From an uncultured archaeon (GTDB lineage Archaea; Asgardarchaeota; Hermodarchaeia; Hermodarchaeales; Hermodarchaeaceae), in the NCBI GenBank assembly GCA_964347045.1, contig CAYFXC010000020.1, positions 1 through 32,638 of the forward strand: a stretch of DNA of 32,638 nt. Direction: 5' to 3'. This document shows positions 16,639 to 25,088 of the stretch, piece by piece; within the stretch, counting starts at the first letter, position 1; every line of letters starts with the position of its first letter. Both the position numbers and the translations under genes were made by a program. The notes beneath the pieces were generated by a model. That model saw only the letters and a program-made list of their open reading frames with translations. It made no database searches and was not told where the DNA came from.

Positions 16639-17301
16639 ATGAGTTTCTTTGATGAAGACGATAATGTTAATGAACTCTTTAAACGCCAAATGCAGGCGAT
16701 TCGCCGAATGTTTAACGAACTGACACAATCAGAAACCTCACAATTCCCCCATATCGAGGACCGTGAGGGTATTCGAACTAAGCAATTCGGACCATTTGTT
16801 TATGGTCGAACAACCTACATTGGACCTGATGGTAAAATGCACACGCAAGAATGGGGTAATCTTCCTCCAGAAGCTCGCAAAGAGCTAGAAGAGCAGATTC
16901 ACAATCAACGTATTCCATTTCAATTTCCACCTCAACCCCGAGAACGACGCCCCTCGCCGATTCCCGATCCGTTAACACCGGATCGCCCTTTCCCAGGCCC
17001 ACAACCTGAATTCAAACGTGATGCTGACAATTATCTAATTGATATCATCGATACTTCAGATGGTTATACAGTAATTTTTGATACTCCAGCAACAAGCGAA
17101 TACGATATCCAAGTAGATGTAAATGGACAGAATCTGCAGTTATGGGTACAGGGGAGAATTTTCCGGGAACTAGAACTTCCTATCCCGGTTACACTTAATA
17201 CGCTTCAATTTCGTAATGGAATAGTTGAATTGCAGCTAAGATCCAAGAAACCAGAAGAAAAGCCCAAAGCCTCCGGGGAATCGACTGAGAAGATGGCGTA
17301 A
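16639..17301 (+). CDS. hsp20: Archaeal small heat-shock protein Hsp20
   Basis: GPFVYG...IGPDGK..EWGN motif of archaeal Hsp20, with an alpha-crystallin-like C-terminal part (IDIIDT...FRNGIVEL). Strong SD AGGAGGT at 16624-16630. Confidence 0.85.
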   Translation: MSFFDEDDNVNELFKRQMQAIRRMFNELTQSETSQFPHIEDREGIRTKQFGPFVYGRTTYIGPDGKMHTQEWGNLPPEARKELEEQIHNQRIPFQFPPQPRERRPSPIPDPLTPDRPFPGPQPEFKRDADNYLIDIIDTSDGYTVIFDTPATSEYDIQVDVNGQNLQLWVQGRIFRELELPIPVTLNTLQFRNGIVELQLRSKKPEEKPKASGESTEKMA

Positions 17302-17305
17302 GGTC

Positions 17306-17348
17306 GAAGAGACGGGTTGCCAGGCCCGTCCTTCCCCATTACTTTTAC
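17306..17348 (+). terminator. Hairpin terminator-like element after hsp20
   Basis: GAAG-A-GACGGG(17306-17316) pairs with CCCGTC-CTTC(17325-17334), followed by a pyrimidine/T-rich tract. Confidence 0.55.
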
Positions 17349-17431
17349 TTATTTAATTAGTAGAAGTGTTGATAGGATTTCCACTAGCCTTTTAGGTAAA
17401 ACCTCCTTTGTGCTCTGTGAGGTTATAGTAA

Positions 17432-18019
17432 GTGGCCCATGATGATTTTGCTTTTGAACTTGCGTCATTGCATCAAAAGTTCGGAACTCCAAGACGTGTT
17501 GATTTTGAGGTTGAAATGCTTCCCGAAGAATTTGCCCTCGTCAATCGGTCCACGGAACAAGGGCGTAGACACGATGTTACCATTTTTATTCAATACAAGG
17601 GAAAATATGTTGTTATAGAGAAGCATGCTTATGCAAACACTGGAATCGTACGAGCACCCTCTGGGGGAGTACAAGGCTCAGAAACTTTACTGGAAGCCGC
17701 ACAACGAGAATCACTAGAAGAGACCGGATTTTTAATTAAAATTGATCGTTTCGTTTTGGAAGCCCATGTATTATTAAAATGTGGAAATCTTCCAAATGTT
17801 CCTTGGGTTTCCTATGTGTTTTTAGCCCATGTTGTGGGTGGAAAAATTGGAGCAAAGGATACCAAAGAAATCTCTGATGTCCAAATTCGATCACGGGAAG
17901 AATTAATTAAAGATGTTCGACCAAAAATGCTGGCATCTGGGCTTGGCGGATTTGAATATCGTGCTCGAATGACTGATGCATTCTTTGCAGAACTCGATAC
18001 CCTTCGCATTCAATCTTAA
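17432..18019 (+). CDS. NUDIX hydrolase
   Basis: Nudix box GGVQGSETLLEAAQRESLEETG fits G-x5-E-x7-RE-xx-EE-x-G. Confidence 0.88.
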   Translation: MAHDDFAFELASLHQKFGTPRRVDFEVEMLPEEFALVNRSTEQGRRHDVTIFIQYKGKYVVIEKHAYANTGIVRAPSGGVQGSETLLEAAQRESLEETGFLIKIDRFVLEAHVLLKCGNLPNVPWVSYVFLAHVVGGKIGAKDTKEISDVQIRSREELIKDVRPKMLASGLGGFEYRARMTDAFFAELDTLRIQS

Positions 18020-18032
18020 TAATTAATTTTGT

Positions 18033-19322
18033 TTAAAGCTGTGCAGCACAGTAAATACAGAATTTTGCTTCTGGTGCTGTCACTCGACCACAATTAGGAC
18101 AGATTTTACCTGCTTCGGTATCTTGTAACGAGCGGGGTAGAGTAGAAGGAGTGGATTCAGATTCTTCAGACTCTTCTTTAGATTCGATGACTTCAATTTC
18201 TTCTGGCTCATTAGAAATGACTTTAGAGTCAGCAATAGTTGTCTCGGTGACTTCAAACCTCGTAAGAGGACCATTCCGCATATTAAATTCTTTTTTCAAA
18301 ATATGGTCACATGCGATAAGAGCATATTTGAGCCGAGTGGCTTTTTCAGAAAGTTTGTTTTTCTTCTCTGTAACTTCTGTTTCATCGTCCCCTATTAGGA
18401 GACGGGCGTTAATAGTTTCAAGTTCCTCTTTTGCTCGAGTGTAATCGAGTTGAATTTGAGCTTTGTAACCATATAGTTGAACAACACCTTCTTTGATTTT
18501 TTCATCCATACGGTTCAGTTTTTCCTCGTATTCTTTGACAAGCCGATCATAGACACGTTTGCTGACTTCTCCCTTTTTATGCAAAGTTTCTAACCTATCT
18601 AGTTCGCTGCGTTCATTGATGTTGGTATCGATGAGTTCTTCCAATTCAAAATCACTATCAGCAGCAGCTTGACTTAGTTCCTCGAAGAGCTCGTCGGATT
18701 CGACGCCATTTTTAGCATACTCCTCTTCTAGAGCCAGTTGTCGTCCTCGTGCCATTAAGCTAGCGAGCACCTTTGTTGGTACCACTAGGGGTTCAATAGT
18801 GGATTTAGGATCGGTAGTCGTGATTGGTGCGCTAGTTAGGCCCTCTGATGGTTCTTCGGGTTTAGTTATAGCAGAGAGCGGAGTCCCACAATTTATGCAA
18901 AATTTTGAATTAGGTTTTGTTTCACGTCCGCATGACGAACAGGTCATTGTTGTTGAAACTGTTTCCGTGATAGGCTCTTCAATTTTGGTTTGTTTGGGTT
19001 GTGGAGCTGTCGAGGATAAGGCTTGTCCACAATTGATACAATAATTGGAAGATTCAGGGTTTTTGCTATAACCACAATTAGGACAGATATTTGTTACAGG
19101 AGATGAAGGGGGTTTGGGCACCTGTTCAACAGCGGCACCACATTTTGTGCAGAACTTGCTACCTTCTTTGAGGATTTTGTTGCAGTTGCTGCACTTGAGA
19201 ACATCGTTTGTGGTTTGCGAACCACTTGCAGTATCAGCTCCAGCTACAGGAGTACCACAGACAGAACAGAATTTTATGGATCTTTTTAATTTTGCTCCAC
19301 ATCGGCTACAATTCGATGACAT
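18033..19322 (-). CDS. Multi-zinc-ribbon (DZR) protein with CdvA-like coiled-coil region
   Basis: Five CxxC...FC/YCxxC ribbons (four N-terminal, one C-terminal). The central helical region LETLHKKGEVSKRVYDRL...LETINARLLIGD resembles CdvA-type coiled-coil repeats. ATG at 19322 is preferred over 19361. Confidence 0.8.
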   Translation of the reverse strand: MSSNCSRCGAKLKRSIKFCSVCGTPVAGADTASGSQTTNDVLKCSNCNKILKEGSKFCTKCGAAVEQVPKPPSSPVTNICPNCGYSKNPESSNYCINCGQALSSTAPQPKQTKIEEPITETVSTTMTCSSCGRETKPNSKFCINCGTPLSAITKPEEPSEGLTSAPITTTDPKSTIEPLVVPTKVLASLMARGRQLALEEEYAKNGVESDELFEELSQAAADSDFELEELIDTNINERSELDRLETLHKKGEVSKRVYDRLVKEYEEKLNRMDEKIKEGVVQLYGYKAQIQLDYTRAKEELETINARLLIGDDETEVTEKKNKLSEKATRLKYALIACDHILKKEFNMRNGPLTRFEVTETTIADSKVISNEPEEIEVIESKEESEESESTPSTLPRSLQDTEAGKICPNCGRVTAPEAKFCIYCAAQL

Positions 19323-19457
19323 GGTGATCAGCACCAAATATACTTGGTGACAGCTAATCATTGCATCCTTAATTTCTTTTGCAATCGTCTGGAGAGGTGT
19401 CCAAAAAAAGAAATCTGTAAAAATGAGTAAAAAACTGAATATTATTTGTGAACGTTT

Positions 19458-20423
19458 TTACTTTGACTTTTTTTTCTTGCCCTTCTTTTTCTTTGTCTTC
19501 TCCGATTTTAAGTCTGCAGCATCAGTAGTTATACGGAAGATATCAATTAATTCACTTACATCTGCATCGGCAGTTGCATCGCGAAGACCATGAGAATCAT
19601 CTTCACTTTTCTTTAGAAATTCTGTGGCCAATACTCGACCACCTTCAACTAAAATGCGGGGGGTATAGCTACCACCAAAGAATGGTCCATCGGGTAAAGT
19701 TCGGGTACGCTCAAGTTGAGAAGTCGTCTGTGTTTTACCAAGAAATGTAACTGTCCGGTCGACACTTGTGAATACTTCTTGACCAATAATGACAAGTTCC
19801 CTGCTGTATCCTGGTGGGGGCGTGGTGTTCGCAACACGACCAACAATGTCATCTTGGGCTGGAGCGGGTACAGTACTGGTGATTGTTGATCGTTGGGGCC
19901 ATTCTTGTTCAGCTCCGTTGTATTCAGTACCAAGCTGTGTTGATGCAACTGGCATTGTAACTGGTTTTGGTTCTGGTTTGGGAGCTTTTACTGGCTCGTG
20001 TTTCTTTGGTTTTGGTGTAGGCGCAACTGACTTTGCCGGAGGTTCATCAGGGGTGATTTCAATCGTTTTGTCGGGTAAATCAACCTGTACGGCGACTTCC
20101 TTCTTGGGTGCAGGAGTTCTTGGTTTTACACCAAGCAAAGATAGAAATGCATCGGGTTCTTCCCCACCATCAATGGATAATACTTTGTAGACTAATCCAC
20201 GTTGACTGCGGACAGCTTGACCCTGACGTGCGGCAATGAATTTTTTTCGAACGCCCGCCTCCGCCCCTTTCCAAAGCCAAATTTTTCGGTCGTCGTCATC
20301 TACGATAATAAGCACGCGCCCTGAATTGAGTTCGGTTTTGAGCTCACCGGGAATTGTGAGCTCCATGAGTTCCCCGGTTTCAACGACGTCATAGACTTGT
20401 AGGCGTGCGGACAGCACCCTCAC
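19458..20423 (-). CDS. One-domain gelsolin-family protein with C-terminal extra domain (1DGelX-like)
   Basis: LNSGRVLIIVD...IWLWKG..A....KF.A...SIDGGEEPDAFLSLL is a gelsolin repeat. It is followed by a Pro/Lys linker, a PPPGYSRELVIIG domain and a polybasic tail. Confidence 0.82.
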   Translation of the reverse strand: MRVLSARLQVYDVVETGELMELTIPGELKTELNSGRVLIIVDDDDRKIWLWKGAEAGVRKKFIAARQGQAVRSQRGLVYKVLSIDGGEEPDAFLSLLGVKPRTPAPKKEVAVQVDLPDKTIEITPDEPPAKSVAPTPKPKKHEPVKAPKPEPKPVTMPVASTQLGTEYNGAEQEWPQRSTITSTVPAPAQDDIVGRVANTTPPPGYSRELVIIGQEVFTSVDRTVTFLGKTQTTSQLERTRTLPDGPFFGGSYTPRILVEGGRVLATEFLKKSEDDSHGLRDATADADVSELIDIFRITTDAADLKSEKTKKKKGKKKKSK

Positions 20424-20634
20424 CTTCTTATTTTCTCAATTACCTCAATAACTTTTAAAGATGGTGTCCCTTCAACACGATTTCAAAATGCAGTTGCGGA
20501 TAATTTAGGTGATTAGGGAAATTCTTTAGTGGAATCTGGAGCATTAATGATACGAGAGATTACCTTTCGTGATAAGAAAAGGCTAGGTTTTTGTAGTTTT
20601 AGAGAGCACAGCGGTCAAAGGAGGACTTTGAGCT

Positions 20635-22665
20635 GTGTTTCATACAAAGTTTCGAGACATTATCATTGAAGAATTATCTGGAGCCATAGCAAAAAATTAC
20701 ATTTCAGAGATAACCCGATTCCATCGCATTCAAGCATCACCAGGTTTCCATGATGCAATTTATTATGTCAAAGAAGTTGTTGATAGATTTCCAGGAATTC
20801 GTACTGAAGTTGAAGTATATCCAGCTGACGGAAAAACCCAAACCTGGCTATGGACGGCGCCCCTAGGATGGCGAGTAGCAGATGGGGAACTTCACCTCGT
20901 TAGTCCTAAACAAGAACTCCTAGCTCGATTTGCTGAAACCCCGATAAGCATCGTTGCGCATAGCCAATCCACCGACATTGTTGCCCCACTTGTATATATC
21001 GAGGATGGATCATTTGAGAAGGACTATCGACGAATTGATGTTCAGGGGAAAATTGTTCTCACCTCAGGCAAAGCACAAGAAGTACAGCAACAAGCGGTAT
21101 TCAAGCGCGGAGCCTTAGGTACTATTCATTATCCTCCATTGGAACGCAGAACTAAGCACGCAAATCTTGTACCATATCTTGGGATTTGGCCTAATGCAAA
21201 GGAAAAATCCAAAGTCGGATTTGCTTTTGCGGTTTCAGGTCAGGTTGGATCACGTCTTCGCCATTTAATTGAAACTGAACCCGAGGTTCTGGTTCACGCT
21301 AAAGTCGATGCCGAACTTTATAATGGTCAACAACGTGTCCTTACGGCTGTGATTGAAGGAACCGAATTCCTTCGTGAAGAAATTTTACTTATTGCACACC
21401 TCTGCCACCCTAGACCAGGAGCAAATGATAATGCCAGCGGTAGCGCCTTGCTAATGGAATTAGCGCGGGTTATCACTACTCTCATTAAACAGGCAAAACT
21501 ACCAGCTCCACTTAGAACCATTCGTTTTTTGTGGGTTCCTGAATTTTTTGGCACTATCTCGTATCTACATGCTCATCCTGAGTTAGCCCCACGAACAATC
21601 AGTGCCATAAACTGTGACATGGTAGGAGCTGATCCAGCTTTAGTTGGAGGTTCATTAAATCTGCATCGAACACCTGATTCCTTACCCAGTTTTATTAATG
21701 ATCTCCTCGAATACCATCTCAAAGACGCGGCAAAAGAGCCCAAACTCATCTCTCCTGAAGGCAGCCACCAACCATTTCACTATGAAATCAAGAAATTTGA
21801 CTGGCGAAGCGACCACACCATACTAATCGATTCCACATTCAATGTACCCTGCCCCATGCTAAACCATTGGCCCGATGCCTTTTATCACAGCAACTTAGAT
21901 ACTCTAGACAAAATAGACATGACACAACTCCAACGCGTTGGATATGCCGTTATTATGACACTCCTAACTCAAGCTTATGCTGAATCCGATGATGCCATGT
22001 TCCTTGCAACACAAGTTCATGCCAACGCGCACACACGAATTACTCAAACAACACAAAATTATATTCACGCAGCTATTCAAGCCATAGCAAAAACTGAACA
22101 AGGCGCAATGCTTGCTCGCATCCTTCGCAAAGCTATGGAAAGCATACGGCAAATTACTAGAAGAGAAAGTGTCGCGTTACAAAGTGTTAAAGTCCTCAGC
22201 CCTCATGATTCAGAATTACATAACTTCATTGACATGTTGTTAGAGGATCTCGCTCAAGAACGACAAGAAGAAGTGAGAAAACTTCGTCAAGTAGAGGATT
22301 TACTTTCACGATCAATTGGCTATGCCCCTCTCAAACGATTAATTCTACGAAAAAAAGAGCGTGAAGCAAAGAGCCTTTGTCCACGCCGGAAATTCCAAGG
22401 ACCCCTATACTTCACAGAACTTTTACGCCATACCAAACCTGAAGATACTGAATGGCTTCGCTCACAGCAAAAGAACCAACCTTTCTTTGTTGAAGTTCTA
22501 ATCGAACTTACTAACTTCATGGATGGTCATCGAAGTCTCTACGAAATCCTCACCGCTCTCGAAGCCCAGTTTGGTGAAATTGCAAATATTAATACAGTGG
22601 ATCGCTTCTTGAATCTCCTCAAAGAACTTGATCTTATCGAGGTAGAGAAGATTAAGTCCTCGTAA
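20635..22665 (+). CDS. M28-family Zn aminopeptidase-like protein with PA domain (DUF4910-like) and C-terminal wHTH-like region
   Basis: HRIQASPG, DVQGKIVL (PA domain), AHLCHP.PGANDNASG, PEFFG, INCDMVG, SDH and YHS.LD motifs. Confidence 0.85.
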   Translation: MFHTKFRDIIIEELSGAIAKNYISEITRFHRIQASPGFHDAIYYVKEVVDRFPGIRTEVEVYPADGKTQTWLWTAPLGWRVADGELHLVSPKQELLARFAETPISIVAHSQSTDIVAPLVYIEDGSFEKDYRRIDVQGKIVLTSGKAQEVQQQAVFKRGALGTIHYPPLERRTKHANLVPYLGIWPNAKEKSKVGFAFAVSGQVGSRLRHLIETEPEVLVHAKVDAELYNGQQRVLTAVIEGTEFLREEILLIAHLCHPRPGANDNASGSALLMELARVITTLIKQAKLPAPLRTIRFLWVPEFFGTISYLHAHPELAPRTISAINCDMVGADPALVGGSLNLHRTPDSLPSFINDLLEYHLKDAAKEPKLISPEGSHQPFHYEIKKFDWRSDHTILIDSTFNVPCPMLNHWPDAFYHSNLDTLDKIDMTQLQRVGYAVIMTLLTQAYAESDDAMFLATQVHANAHTRITQTTQNYIHAAIQAIAKTEQGAMLARILRKAMESIRQITRRESVALQSVKVLSPHDSELHNFIDMLLEDLAQERQEEVRKLRQVEDLLSRSIGYAPLKRLILRKKEREAKSLCPRRKFQGPLYFTELLRHTKPEDTEWLRSQQKNQPFFVEVLIELTNFMDGHRSLYEILTALEAQFGEIANINTVDRFLNLLKELDLIEVEKIKSS

Positions 22666-22680
22666 TTAGTAGTGTTAATC

Positions 22681-23133
22681 ATGAGTCATGACCAAGCCCT
22701 AAAATTGCAAGATAGGCTCGAAATCGTCCTTGACCAATTCGAAATGGAAGTCATGAATATCGAAAAAATCACAATCCACGATGAGCTAATCGGCGTACTC
22801 GAGGCAGCGGAACACCTGCGTACCCTCTTAGGCGAAATCAAATTATATTTTATAGAGGTTCGAGACCAACTTTCTTCAGTCTCTGGAATTCCTCCTGCAA
22901 AAGAACTAGCACAACTTGTTATTGGAGCGTCAACAGAGGCATTAAGTGCCATTCGTGAGACCCTCCACTACTTAGAAGATGTAAAAGACAAAGTGAAAAG
23001 CAGACGAAAGGTTCCTCTTGCACGAGAAGAAATCCAGTATGCAGATTTTAGTGCAATGGAGGCAATCCGAAAATGCCGATACATCATTAAAAAAATCTCT
23101 GAACAAGCAGAAGATCTTCCCGAACACCTTTGA
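22681..23133 (+). CDS. Hypothetical alpha-helical bundle protein
   Basis: ~150-aa ORF directly after the peptidase (GTG 22672 or ATG 22681), amphipathic helices, no recognisable motif. Confidence 0.7.
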   Translation: MSHDQALKLQDRLEIVLDQFEMEVMNIEKITIHDELIGVLEAAEHLRTLLGEIKLYFIEVRDQLSSVSGIPPAKELAQLVIGASTEALSAIRETLHYLEDVKDKVKSRRKVPLAREEIQYADFSAMEAIRKCRYIIKKISEQAEDLPEHL

Positions 23134-23162
23134 TTAAATACATTTGATTCGAGTTGTCAATA

Positions 23163-23441
23163 ATGAACCGCATGATATTAATTAGTGTCATCAGTATTCT
23201 TCTTACAGCTCTTATGATCATCTTGTTTTTTCTTATCCCCGGGTTTCCCCTTCTAATTTTCCTCTTTATTCCTCCCCTCTTTTGCTGGGGGTTACAAGGT
23301 CGTGAAGAACAGCCACCTTCAACAGTTCATCCCGCTAAGAAAAGCCTCCAGTATTGTCCCCAATGTGGAAAACAACTGCTGGAACCTTTTGAAACCTATT
23401 GCCCACGTTGTGGAACACATCTAGCTCATGATGAAGAATAG
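23163..23441 (+). CDS. Small membrane protein with C-terminal zinc ribbon
   Basis: N-terminal hydrophobic hairpin followed by YCPQCG...YCPRCG. Start could be 23154, 23163 or 23172. Confidence 0.78.
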   Translation: MNRMILISVISILLTALMIILFFLIPGFPLLIFLFIPPLFCWGLQGREEQPPSTVHPAKKSLQYCPQCGKQLLEPFETYCPRCGTHLAHDEE

Positions 23442-24953
23442 TTAATTGGTCCCAGATTTCTCATTCGAACTATTCGTCCCACCTCCTTTCTTCGTAATCT
23501 TCCGTTTCCACACATACTGATACGACCCGTATATGAGAAGTATGAGAAATAATGCTAACAGAATAACATGGGTATGATACCGATGAACAACAGAAATGCC
23601 AATACTTGCTAACCCAACCAAAACGAACCACCAAGTGGTGATATTGTTAACGATGTTCATAGCATGAATTTGAAATCGATTGATGATATTGCCCATCCTT
23701 GAGGGAAGGTTAGCAATAGGTTTCGCTCCACGAGATTGAATAAGATTTTTTCGATCTCGGAATGGAATAACAGGACCACAAAGAATAGCTCCAAAGAGAA
23801 TGAGAAATGGAAGAAGCGCAATAAGATAGAATTTGTATATTCCCCGTGGAAGGAAGATATGAGCTACTAAGGAGAGAAGAAGAGCAATTAGTAGGAGTTG
23901 TTCGAGATACGCTGAACGCGGTTGTTCAGGAATCAGATTAGAGATAATCCAAAAGAAGATCAAACCGATCATCCATGGAATACCATGAAAGACTAAGTTG
24001 AATATAATGAATTTGAAGGGTTCAGGCCAATAAAATGCTAATATTGAAACAGGAATTGGATGGGTAGGTTGGGGAATTACGTCATAGAACCAATAAGCTC
24101 CAATACCTCTAGTTATGGATTCAATGTAGGTCAAAGGATAGAGAATAAGGTAGGGTAAGGATATCAATATCCCGACACAAGCTGTAATACCAATTGAGAT
24201 GAAAAGTTGTTTAAATCCTTGACGATACTCAAGGAACCAAATCAAGGGAATCAGTAGAGCCGCTGTTTGTTTCACCATAGTCGCCATTGAAATCCATACA
24301 ATGGCCCATCGGAGATTACCGCGAATCATGAAGTAAAATCCTAAAACCAGAAAGAAGGTGTGAATTGGTGTGCTTAGCCATAGATAATTTCCCCACCACA
24401 AAGAAATTGGATTAAATGCGAACATTATCATTACAACAATTGGAATGAATCGGTTTTTTGTCAATTGCTTTGCGGCAGCATACATTATGATGCAAGTGGC
24501 TAAATCAAAGACAATGAATGCAAAACCCACTCGGAGAAAGTCAAGATCCCTAGTCAAAATAATGGCAGTGACTTGAATATCAGGAAATAGCAGTTCAGAG
24601 GGAATGTAGTAGAACACACCAAGAATGTATACGAACAATGGCGGATAGATATAGGTCTGCAGCCCTTCAATCGTATAGAGGGTTTCAGTATACGGTAAGT
24701 GTCCCTGAACCAACGCGCGTACAAAATTCATATAATAGTAACTAAAATCTGTAAAGGCTTCAACGATTTCAAAATTCATGCCAAAATAGGGATGAAATCC
24801 AAAGTTGAGATACTGGGATGCTGAGAAGTGAAAGATTAGCATTTTAGGGAAGACAATAGGAATAAAGGCAGCCCAAAACAGCCAATCTCTGCGCTTGAAC
24901 CAATACGCCAGTTGTTGAAATAACCCCCTATTAGATGATTCGTCTTTTGACAT
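23442..24953 (-). CDS. GT-C fold (GT87/PIG-M-like) glycosyltransferase
   Basis: Polytopic membrane protein; TDFSYYY...QGHLPY...YIYPPLF, FDL, FNPI and KQ motifs. Confidence 0.78.
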   Translation of the reverse strand: MSKDESSNRGLFQQLAYWFKRRDWLFWAAFIPIVFPKMLIFHFSASQYLNFGFHPYFGMNFEIVEAFTDFSYYYMNFVRALVQGHLPYTETLYTIEGLQTYIYPPLFVYILGVFYYIPSELLFPDIQVTAIILTRDLDFLRVGFAFIVFDLATCIIMYAAAKQLTKNRFIPIVVMIMFAFNPISLWWGNYLWLSTPIHTFFLVLGFYFMIRGNLRWAIVWISMATMVKQTAALLIPLIWFLEYRQGFKQLFISIGITACVGILISLPYLILYPLTYIESITRGIGAYWFYDVIPQPTHPIPVSILAFYWPEPFKFIIFNLVFHGIPWMIGLIFFWIISNLIPEQPRSAYLEQLLLIALLLSLVAHIFLPRGIYKFYLIALLPFLILFGAILCGPVIPFRDRKNLIQSRGAKPIANLPSRMGNIINRFQIHAMNIVNNITTWWFVLVGLASIGISVVHRYHTHVILLALFLILLIYGSYQYVWKRKITKKGGGTNSSNEKSGTN

Positions 24954-25088
24954 CCCAGTTCACAATACCTGCCCATTGCCATCATTAAAGCGTTTCAGAC
25001 CCGGATGTTCTTCGAATATTGAATTTATCATGATTTCTGCCATCGGTCATGCTTATATAGCTTCACCGCACAACACATTGTCACCTCA

